This document shows, piece by piece, positions 1 through 8,310 of a DNA stretch of 27,100 nucleotides; within the stretch, counting starts at the first letter, position 1; each line of letters starts with the position of its first letter. The DNA comes from a virus (taxonomy: Duplodnaviria > Caudoviricetes). The notes below the pieces were generated by a model. The model searched no databases and was not told the origin of the DNA. It saw only the letters and a list, made by a program, of their open reading frames with translations. The stretch lies in the IMG/VR virus record IMGVR_UViG_3300020294_000027, positions 1 to 27,100 of that record; one strand, written 5' to 3'. Made by a program: the position numbers and the translations under genes.

Positions 1-104
1 TCGTTATATCCACCTTTACCTACAAGTTTAGTTGCCCATCCACTAGCACCTAAAGATTTTATAGCGTTAGCAGCTTCTTTTAAAAAATTTTTGAATGATT
101 TCAA
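1..104 (-). CDS. 5' part of a hypothetical protein truncated by the window edge; candidate internal head protein
   Basis: Manual translation from TTG at 104-102 gives MKSFKNFLKEAANAIKSLGASGWATKLVGKGGYN..., open to the window edge. AGGT (113-110) lies 5 nt upstream and ACTAAATA at 139-132. Not in the ORF track. Confidence 0.7.
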   Translation of the reverse strand, partial: MKSFKNFLKEAANAIKSLGASGWATKLVGKGGYN

Positions 105-107
105 AAT

Positions 108-134
108 ATACCTATAAGTATTGCTTATATGTAT
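108..134 (-). promoter_or_regulatory. Stem-loop covering the putative RBS of the TTG-start gene
   Basis: Minus strand ATAC-A-TATAAG-CAATA-CTTATA-G-GTAT: 6-bp plus 4-bp stem with one mismatch. The 3' arm contains AGGT. Confidence 0.45.
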
Positions 135-139
135 TTAGT
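132..139 (-). promoter_or_regulatory. T4-type late promoter variant ACTAAATA
   Basis: Intergenic, 28 nt upstream of the TTG start. The same octamer occurs upstream of gp25, and I saw CTAAATA nowhere else on the minus strand. Confidence 0.6.
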
Positions 140-142
140 GAT

Positions 143-652
143 CTAGGAGTAATGGAAATCCCTATCTTTTTTCTTATCTTTTAATTTAGAGCCTCTCTGG
201 CGTTTTTCGCCAGTTTCTCCATAACCATCTGGATGTTTACCTGCTTTTGCTTTTCCTATATCATCAGGTTTTCTTCCACTCTTATCAGTGTAGTGCAATT
301 TAGCACTCTTACCTGCTTTTTTAGTAATAATAGACTCCTGACCATACTTATTACCAAATTTTCTCATAGTCTTGCCAAACTTTCGTTTTGACATTCCTTC
401 TGGTCTTGTTGTATGGTAAGAAACTTCACGAGCATCAGAACCATCATCATACTTATACTTACCAGTTGATTTTTTAAATCCAATACCTTTTCTTTTTAAA
501 TCACCTTCAAGTTTTTTTCTCTTTTTACGATTTTCACCCTCATCATCTCCACGATCTGGAGATATATGTCCAGTATCATGGGTTTCTGATTTACTAAGTG
601 ATCTTGATAGACCACCCTCACATAATATTAAAAATTCTTGGAAAGTTCTCAT
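143..652 (-). CDS. Lys/Arg-rich hypothetical phage protein (169 aa); candidate internal head protein
   Basis: ORF track; start overlaps the upstream stop (TAATG, 654-650). N-terminus is MRTFQEFLILCE. The core pattern S-x-x-RG..EN..R..L..DL...G.G....G.Y...E.S...F......G.KY.Q.S loosely recalls DUF3293-like proteins (low confidence). Confidence 0.8.
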   Translation of the reverse strand: MRTFQEFLILCEGGLSRSLSKSETHDTGHISPDRGDDEGENRKKRKKLEGDLKRKGIGFKKSTGKYKYDDGSDAREVSYHTTRPEGMSKRKFGKTMRKFGNKYGQESIITKKAGKSAKLHYTDKSGRKPDDIGKAKAGKHPDGYGETGEKRQRGSKLKDKKKDRDFHYS

Positions 653-3600
653 TACGCTAAGGCAATTGCTCTAAAGTCTTTTAATCTAACAGGAACACAT
701 TCGTTCGTGGATGCCATTACTATCTTGATAGTAAATCCACTAAATTGCTCCAAATCATTTATAGTGAATTGATATTCTGAGAAATCATTCAAACCATTTG
801 GTTTAACATAAGCATCTGGTCTACCATCATTTAAATTAACATCAACAATTTCATCACCAAATCCATCACCATCAGTATCAACTAGATTCTTATATCCAGG
901 GAATGGTCTATATCCTTGATTAACTTCAGTTGAATCTGCAGTAAACAATCTATAGTATGCTCTGAAATCTGCTTCTGGTTGACGATTAGCACCAACTAAA
1001 ACTTTTATTGAAGTTGCAGGTTGCTTAAGATTAACTCTATTGGAAACAAAAATTGATCCATGAGCATCCCCACTTAATGTTGTAGTTGCAGCATCGGTAG
1101 AATAATTATCCTGTCCAACTGGATTATTAATCTTATTTCTACCTAATATAAAGGTTGCATTTTTAATATCCAATACAGGAGATAAGTTCTTATCATTTGT
1201 AGTCATATCAACTTTCAAAGTCAAAGATTTATTCTTGGGTAAAGTTGCTAATCTTTCAGATTCATTAACCTTAGATGCAACCATTCTTGGTGTTGGGAAG
1301 AATGTTGTTTCATTAAGAATAGTAGGTTCAAATCCTTGATCTAAGAATGACACCTCATTACCATTTGCACTCGTTCCACTTACTGTTCTCACAGAAGCAC
1401 TTGCACGAGTTCCTTTTCCTGGTGTTATAATATTAAATCGAGGTGATAATGTACTAAACTGATGATTCTGAGAAACATCTACAGTTAATCCACCAATCGA
1501 TCTCTGATCAGTGAAACATAACATATTTTTACCACTAACTCTATCATTAGTTCCTCTATCAATTTCTAAGTAGTAGTTGTCTATGTTAGAAGATGATTTT
1601 AGAATTGTATTTGTAGGTAGATTAAATGTAGTATTAATACCTGCTAATGGGAATCCGTTAATTTCATATGGTTGAATTATTGTATCTTCTGGATGCTCAA
1701 CTGCAGAAGAACCTTCAACTCCCCTAGTAATGTTAAGTTGACCTTCTCCAATAACATAATTAACAATCTCAGAACCTAATAACGCTTCTCCTCTATCAGT
1801 AGTAACTCCAGCAAATCTAGCAAATGATGATGTACTTGCAACTGATACAAGTGTTGCATCTTTTGCCAAATCTGATTTAGTTACTGTAGAAATTGTATCA
1901 GGATCTATACCTTTAATGCTAACTAGATTATTTGCACCGTGATGTGCGTGATTGGGTTGAACCACTTCTATGACATTACCAGCATTGATATCACTTGTAG
2001 GAACAGAATCTGCTGCTACAGTTATAGCAGTTCCACCACTATCTACAAGAGCAGTTCTAGTATCATTATTTGCACCATAATGAATTAATGCTTCATTAGT
2101 TATGAAATTCTCACCTTGAACATCTGTTAGGTATAAAGTATCTGGTGTTGCTGCTATAGAAGCAATTGTGAATTTCGCACCAGCACCACTTGTATACTTA
2201 CTATCTGTCTCATCAATAGTAAGAACATCGCCAAGACAATATCCAGAACCTGCTTGAGAAGAAGAAGCATCAATACCTGTAATTACACCATCAGTAAGTG
2301 TTAATGTTGCAGTAGTACCGCTACCATTACCAGTTAATGTCTTTAATTTAACTCCATTTAAGTTACTAAATGCATATCCAGAACCACCAGAAACACGAGT
2401 AATTGCACCAACTCCAGGATTAAGTGGTGCTGCAACTTTCTCTACTATACCAGTAATACTATCATCTTCTCTATCTCCAACACCACCACTACTAATCTTT
2501 CTTCCAACAGCAACATTTGCTGCAATAGCACTACCACTTAATCCAAGTTTTAATTTTCTAGGAAGTGTTCTAATAGGATTATCTGATAATATCTGAGTAT
2601 TTTCATTACCTGCTTCAACTGGAGTGTTATAGAATGTAACTGTACCAGAAGGAACAAATGCTGCTTTGTATAGTGTAAATGTTAGATCTTGATATTGACT
2701 TGGAGTCCAAATACTTCCATTTTGAGATTTAAATAGACTACCACCAATGTATTGCTTACCGACAACAACACTTTCTACATCAGGTAGATTTTCAGTCTTA
2801 ACAGTAGTCTGCCCCATTGTTGCACACCACATTGTATATAAATCAGATCCAGGTGATAAGAATACTAATGCATATTCTCTACCTGCCTCCAAATAAATTG
2901 GAGATGGGAATTTAATTCTAGTAGCAATAGAAGCATCCTCTGAAGTTTGTATATCATTTGGATTAATTGCTACTTGAGCATAATCTTGTACAAGCCAAGT
3001 TGTTGGTGTACCTAATTCTACAGTTCTAAGTTCTACAAATACTTTAGCGTTTGGATCTTTTGTTGCAAAGTAAACATCAAATGAAGTTAAGAATGCACCA
3101 GTTTCATCGACAGTAAATGACTGTGCTAAAGGATCTCTATAAGGTGCTGATATTCTTTCAGTATCAGATTCGGTATTAACACTAACCGAAGTTGTGATTG
3201 AATTTGGTTTTTGTGCAGGTGCAGGTGGATTCCTAACACCAACAGTATTTGATACTTGGGTTAAAATAGTTCCAGTAGCATGGTAGCTTGCAGAAGCATC
3301 GCTAGCTAATGCAGTACTTCCTGGAAGTACTGTTGTTCCTACGGAAGCAGCAGTTAATTTAAAAGTCTTTGTTCCAGTCCTAAACAATGTTGCTGGTTTT
3401 GGTAATGTATTTGCATTTCTAAAATGCATTGCACCTAAACAATCTCCCCAATTATCAGAGAATAATCCAGCGTTTGTGATTGTAGCTGTTGCACCACTAG
3501 TATTACCTATTAGATGGAATCCTTCTTGCATCCATCCATATAAGTTGGTTCTATTAGCAAGTTCATTTATATCACAATTAAATAATTTAGATGTAGCAGA

Positions 3601-6600
3601 ATATGAATCTGATGGTGCTGGTCTTGAACTATCGAATATATCAACCTGATAAGTTTCAGTAGTTCCACCAACAACACTTATACTACTTGAGGTCACAGAT
3701 TGTTGATGAGTTAGGATTGATCCTGGATCGCCAGGTATGGGAACACTACTACCAACTCCTCCAGATAATGTTTGTAAACCATTAGAATCCGTAGTAGTCT
3801 CTTCAAGTATAGGAAGTCTAATAACACTAGTATTACCAAACTTGTGGTTTGGTGGCATTGCCATAACTTTTCCTATTGGTAAACCTAGAGCATTGTGTAT
3901 CCAAACCTCTTCATAATTCTGGAAAGAACCAGAATTCATTTGAATTTCAACAACTTTAGGTGTTATGTCAGGAGCTTGACTATCAAGATATGCATAATGC
4001 TTTGTACTTGGTTTCAATCCATTTGCACTAAATGCAACATCCCTAGTACGCATAAATGGATCAGTTTGTCCACTTATTTTAATACTCTCAACATAATCAA
4101 ACTCTCTACCTGAATTTTCTAATGTATTAGTGAATGAAGTTTCTACAGTTCTAGTTGTAGTCGTAGTTCTAGTTGTAGTAATATCTCTATGATTACCTTC
4201 AAATACCTGCTGATTAGCACCAATTTCAACTTCAGTTACATCAACTTCAGTATTTGATTCACTCGTATCAGAAACCACATTTTGCTGTTCAGCCCAAGTT
4301 GCACCTGTAGATTCTATTCTGTGTGTTCCCTCAACATAGATTGTTCTAGTCCAATTATCAGATGGTGGATCAAGAATAATACCACCAACATATACTATAA
4401 CTTCAAATGGGTTAATATTTTCAACTTGAGATGCTTGTGGTTGTTCAATCCATTTAACTTCATCAAAATCTAATGTTAATATATCTCCAGTTTTTCTGCA
4501 GTTAGGATCTAAAAGTTTTAAGTTAGATGAAATATCTACAATATTCTGATCCACAGAAGGATCAAACGCTAATTGAGCAGGAAGTGACCAGAAATCAACA
4601 GCACTAATTAATTCCTTATTAACAACATCAACTTCACATCTAGATCCTTGCTCACGATTGAAGTTAATAAAATCTCTATTTTTGAAATCATTTACAACAA
4701 ATCCAGTCTTAAATCTATCTAATCCATCAGCATCAGTAACTGATAGTGATTTAGTATCCAATTCAAGAGCAGTAAGAGAAGTCATTACCTCTAAATTAGT
4801 AACTCTCTTCTCAATTTTACCAATATCTCTCATGGTAAATCTTCTATTATCATATAACTTGATCTTAGGACCAGTTATTGGATCATAAAGATATGGTGGA
4901 AGTGTAATTTGAGCAACTTCCATAGAATCACCAACCTCAGTAGGTGGTGCTGGATTTTCAGCAGAAACTCCTTTAATAAGTTTAACTTGTTCAAACTTAT
5001 TAATTACTAGTTTATCAATTCTTGGTAGATAATAAGTATATCCAACAATTGATGCTTCATCTGGAGCAACAACATATCTGGTTGTTGTTTCAAAACTTCT
5101 TGACGAAAACGCAAATGGAGATGCACTAGTTGTTGGGTCAAATTCATTAACTCTTGGTCTGAAATCAAGAATATCAGTAGTTCTAGTTCTTCCTATACTT
5201 GGCACATCATTAGTGTACCTGTCTTTAGTATATGAATTTGCAGTGAATAAATCACCATTATTTCCACTTTGAACTTTATACTTATCAAATATAACAAGTA
5301 ATCTCTTAGAAGGAGCACCTGCATTTGCCTTTCTAACTATCTTAGAATAATCAGAATACTGTTTCTTATGTCCCTTATCTAATCTATAATTAGATGTTCT
5401 ATTCACATAGTTTCCAGGAACTACTTTTTGAATATTTGCCTCTATATTAGACTCTTTAAAATTAACTGTCTCACCAGGTGAGAATGTATTTCCATTAAGA
5501 TATACAAAATCAATCTGATTAGTAGCAGGTCTATTTACAATCTGACCTATTGCTCTACTCTTCTGACCAATAACTTTTTCGCCTACAATTGAGTTTGTAT
5601 TTAATGCTAATCCTTCTACAAATGTTATTCTATCTAAACTTGCAATATTTTGATCCTTAGATTCATATATTGCAAGAATCTTTACTACATCAGGAACATT
5701 TAGTGATATTTCTTTATCTTCAACTCTTAGACCATAGAACTTACTTTGAGTTAATTGTGCATTAGTTGACACACCTACAGTTCTTGTTACTTCTACTTGA
5801 TTACTTCTAACATAATCTTTAGATTTACTTGTAAGACCTATTTTTCTTAATGTAGTATTAATAGTTACATTTGCACTATTCCTAGAAAGACCTGTAAATA
5901 CTAAATCATTTCCATCATTAGTAATAGTAACTTTATCTGAACTTAGTTTTTCTGGTATTCCATCAACATCATAAATGATAGAATATCTTTCTTGATCAAA
6001 TGTTTCAAAGAAAGCACTTGTAATACCAATTGCATCACCATCTCCAGATCCATCTAAAGCATCTTGAGTTGTTAATGTAACACTACCACTAGCAGAAGTT
6101 GTCTTTCCTGTTATCTGACGAGATATTGAAAGAGTTGAATTTGATAGATCAACTGTAGAAATATTTCTCTTTGGTAATTTAGCATATAATCCAGAATTAT
6201 TAAAATTAAGAATTCTAGGTGATTTAATACGGAATATTCCAGAAGTTGTTACACCAGAACAAATCTCTCCTTCATTAACACCAGTTGCAATACCTACTGG
6301 TTTAAGTCCTAATGAACTACCATCAGCAGATATTGAATCTATTCTATTATAAGTTTCAAATTTAGGTGTTTCGGTTTCTGTTGTATATCCAACAATAGTA
6401 TCAGTTTTTACTCCAACTTGACCAGAAAATCTTCTCTTTGGTGATGTTGCAGATCCATTATCTCCAGTAGTATCTCCAACAATTACTAATTTATCAAAAC
6501 CAGAGAAATTTGGTAGAACTCTATCATATAGAATAGCATCAGCAGCAAATGGAGTTAATAATTTATTACTTGAAAGTGTCTTAGCATCTTGATATACAGA

Positions 6601-8304
6601 TTTAATATCATCTGTAGTATAACTGGTAACTTTAATTACTGAAGAATTTGCTGCTATATCCTGCTCATTAAATTTTAACTGCTCTCCTTGAATAAAGGTT
6701 CCTGATGTTTGTGATAATACTAATTCAGTTGCATTCGTCCCAACAACATAACCAGTAGCTCCACTACTTAAACCACGAATATATGTTGATATTGGTGCAA
6801 TATCAGTAATTGTACCTGGATTAGTTATTTCAAGATAGGTATATGTTTGTATATCATATAGGTATAAATCCCATACAGTTGCTTGGAACTCTGTTATTGT
6901 CCCAGATGCAACCCCATCAGTAACACCATACCAATAAACACGAGCCTCACCAACTTTTGCTCCATGAGTATCGGTAGACTGACTTTGTGCTTCTACTGAT
7001 CTTATTCTTCTACTATAAAGACCGATAGTATTAGCACCACCACTTTCGGATGATCCAATATTAATATATGGAGATCCATGAGCATTATTAACTCTTAGCA
7101 AACTACCCATTCTAAATGGAATAGGTGATGACTTAATACTCTTTGTATCTCTTGGTTTGTCTATATCTAAAACAGTTGTTCCTGGTAGATTTACATCAAA
7201 CCCTCTAACATATGCAGTTCCTGGTGACAGTTTAATGCACATTGTATCTTCTGAAGGATCATTACCTTCATCAGTTTTTTGTCCTTCTGCATATAATCCA
7301 TCAGAACCAATCTCATCATTCAATGAATTTTGAATATTTACTCTGAATGGATTTACTGCGTAGTTACCAGATTCATCATATGTTCTTTTAGCAAAATATT
7401 TTTTAATCTCTGAATATACAGACTTATCCTCTAATTTCTTTATTTCACCATTTCTTACTCTTAATAATTCTACAAAATTAGTATCATTATAATCTAATAA
7501 TGCTTTTTTAGTTAACTTAACTGATATTCTAAATCTGTCTGCACCAGGTGCGGCAAAATTAGTAAATCCTTTAGCATTATCATTAAGTGATTGATCGTCA
7601 TTAGCATTAATAACTTGCTCTAATACTTCAAATCCAACTCTATATGATGGTTTATTATTATATGGTTCTAAAACAACAAGAGATTTATTTACATCTACAA
7701 ATGTACCTCTTATAAAATATACACCTTTATCAACACCAGCAGCAGATCCAATAGCAGTAGCATCTTCAGATACTAGTGTTAAAACAGATTCTCCAGCATT
7801 TAATGTAGTATTACCATATGTAATATTCTCTTCAAGTGTTAATATCTCTTCATTTGGAAATGGTGTACTTTCTTTACTATCTCCAGATGATTTGTATTTA
7901 ACAAAGAGAGTGATATCATCAACACCTTCAGATGGTGGTAAGATATAATTTTTAATAGTTCCTACTATTTGAGAATTTTGTCCACGGACTAAAGTTCCCT
8001 TACCATCATTATTATTAATTATTGCATCAAGATATACAGTAATATCAATACCTAAATGATCTGGATTTACTTTTATTGCAAAATATGTACTATCATAAGT
8101 TACTCCACCAGGAATAACCATTGATCCTTCTTTAAAAATATGACTTCCGAACGATTCTAATTGGTTTTGCAATATTGATTGCAAACCTGTTAATTCTCTT
8201 GCTTGAACTGGATATCCAGGTTTAAACAGAACCTTATAAAAGTTATCTGCCTTATCAAAATCATCATAATAAGGACTTATATTTAAGTTAGTCTTTTGTG
8301 GCAT
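652..8304 (-). CDS. vrlC: VrlC-like (DUF4815) large virion baseplate/tail structural protein, 2550 aa
   Basis: N-terminus NLNISPYYDDFD..NFYKVLFKPGYPVQARELTGLQSILQNQ, internal RRFTMRDIGKIEKRV..LE, DRFKTGF, DPLAQSF and GSLFKSQN..W, and C-terminal DFRAIALA are typical of this family. It directly follows gp8, as in cyanomyoviruses. Confidence 0.85.
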   Translation of the reverse strand: MPQKTNLNISPYYDDFDKADNFYKVLFKPGYPVQARELTGLQSILQNQLESFGSHIFKEGSMVIPGGVTYDSTYFAIKVNPDHLGIDITVYLDAIINNNDGKGTLVRGQNSQIVGTIKNYILPPSEGVDDITLFVKYKSSGDSKESTPFPNEEILTLEENITYGNTTLNAGESVLTLVSEDATAIGSAAGVDKGVYFIRGTFVDVNKSLVVLEPYNNKPSYRVGFEVLEQVINANDDQSLNDNAKGFTNFAAPGADRFRISVKLTKKALLDYNDTNFVELLRVRNGEIKKLEDKSVYSEIKKYFAKRTYDESGNYAVNPFRVNIQNSLNDEIGSDGLYAEGQKTDEGNDPSEDTMCIKLSPGTAYVRGFDVNLPGTTVLDIDKPRDTKSIKSSPIPFRMGSLLRVNNAHGSPYINIGSSESGGANTIGLYSRRIRSVEAQSQSTDTHGAKVGEARVYWYGVTDGVASGTITEFQATVWDLYLYDIQTYTYLEITNPGTITDIAPISTYIRGLSSGATGYVVGTNATELVLSQTSGTFIQGEQLKFNEQDIAANSSVIKVTSYTTDDIKSVYQDAKTLSSNKLLTPFAADAILYDRVLPNFSGFDKLVIVGDTTGDNGSATSPKRRFSGQVGVKTDTIVGYTTETETPKFETYNRIDSISADGSSLGLKPVGIATGVNEGEICSGVTTSGIFRIKSPRILNFNNSGLYAKLPKRNISTVDLSNSTLSISRQITGKTTSASGSVTLTTQDALDGSGDGDAIGITSAFFETFDQERYSIIYDVDGIPEKLSSDKVTITNDGNDLVFTGLSRNSANVTINTTLRKIGLTSKSKDYVRSNQVEVTRTVGVSTNAQLTQSKFYGLRVEDKEISLNVPDVVKILAIYESKDQNIASLDRITFVEGLALNTNSIVGEKVIGQKSRAIGQIVNRPATNQIDFVYLNGNTFSPGETVNFKESNIEANIQKVVPGNYVNRTSNYRLDKGHKKQYSDYSKIVRKANAGAPSKRLLVIFDKYKVQSGNNGDLFTANSYTKDRYTNDVPSIGRTRTTDILDFRPRVNEFDPTTSASPFAFSSRSFETTTRYVVAPDEASIVGYTYYLPRIDKLVINKFEQVKLIKGVSAENPAPPTEVGDSMEVAQITLPPYLYDPITGPKIKLYDNRRFTMRDIGKIEKRVTNLEVMTSLTALELDTKSLSVTDADGLDRFKTGFVVNDFKNRDFINFNREQGSRCEVDVVNKELISAVDFWSLPAQLAFDPSVDQNIVDISSNLKLLDPNCRKTGDILTLDFDEVKWIEQPQASQVENINPFEVIVYVGGIILDPPSDNWTRTIYVEGTHRIESTGATWAEQQNVVSDTSESNTEVDVTEVEIGANQQVFEGNHRDITTTRTTTTTRTVETSFTNTLENSGREFDYVESIKISGQTDPFMRTRDVAFSANGLKPSTKHYAYLDSQAPDITPKVVEIQMNSGSFQNYEEVWIHNALGLPIGKVMAMPPNHKFGNTSVIRLPILEETTTDSNGLQTLSGGVGSSVPIPGDPGSILTHQQSVTSSSISVVGGTTETYQVDIFDSSRPAPSDSYSATSKLFNCDINELANRTNLYGWMQEGFHLIGNTSGATATITNAGLFSDNWGDCLGAMHFRNANTLPKPATLFRTGTKTFKLTAASVGTTVLPGSTALASDASASYHATGTILTQVSNTVGVRNPPAPAQKPNSITTSVSVNTESDTERISAPYRDPLAQSFTVDETGAFLTSFDVYFATKDPNAKVFVELRTVELGTPTTWLVQDYAQVAINPNDIQTSEDASIATRIKFPSPIYLEAGREYALVFLSPGSDLYTMWCATMGQTTVKTENLPDVESVVVGKQYIGGSLFKSQNGSIWTPSQYQDLTFTLYKAAFVPSGTVTFYNTPVEAGNENTQILSDNPIRTLPRKLKLGLSGSAIAANVAVGRKISSGGVGDREDDSITGIVEKVAAPLNPGVGAITRVSGGSGYAFSNLNGVKLKTLTGNGSGTTATLTLTDGVITGIDASSSQAGSGYCLGDVLTIDETDSKYTSGAGAKFTIASIAATPDTLYLTDVQGENFITNEALIHYGANNDTRTALVDSGGTAITVAADSVPTSDINAGNVIEVVQPNHAHHGANNLVSIKGIDPDTISTVTKSDLAKDATLVSVASTSSFARFAGVTTDRGEALLGSEIVNYVIGEGQLNITRGVEGSSAVEHPEDTIIQPYEINGFPLAGINTTFNLPTNTILKSSSNIDNYYLEIDRGTNDRVSGKNMLCFTDQRSIGGLTVDVSQNHQFSTLSPRFNIITPGKGTRASASVRTVSGTSANGNEVSFLDQGFEPTILNETTFFPTPRMVASKVNESERLATLPKNKSLTLKVDMTTNDKNLSPVLDIKNATFILGRNKINNPVGQDNYSTDAATTTLSGDAHGSIFVSNRVNLKQPATSIKVLVGANRQPEADFRAYYRLFTADSTEVNQGYRPFPGYKNLVDTDGDGFGDEIVDVNLNDGRPDAYVKPNGLNDFSEYQFTINDLEQFSGFTIKIVMASTNECVPVRLKDFRAIALA
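4147..4179. repeat. 15-nt direct repeat (agttctagttgtagt x2, period 18) encoding TTTRTTTTTRT
   Basis: Identical copies at 4147-4161 and 4165-4179. Confidence 0.7.
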
Positions 8305-8310
8305 TTTTCT

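Noticed and set aside
3895-4888. Plus-strand ORFs 3895-4113, 4282-4473 and 4658-4888
   Set aside because: Short antisense shadows inside the VrlC-like gene with no recognisable motifs or expression signals.
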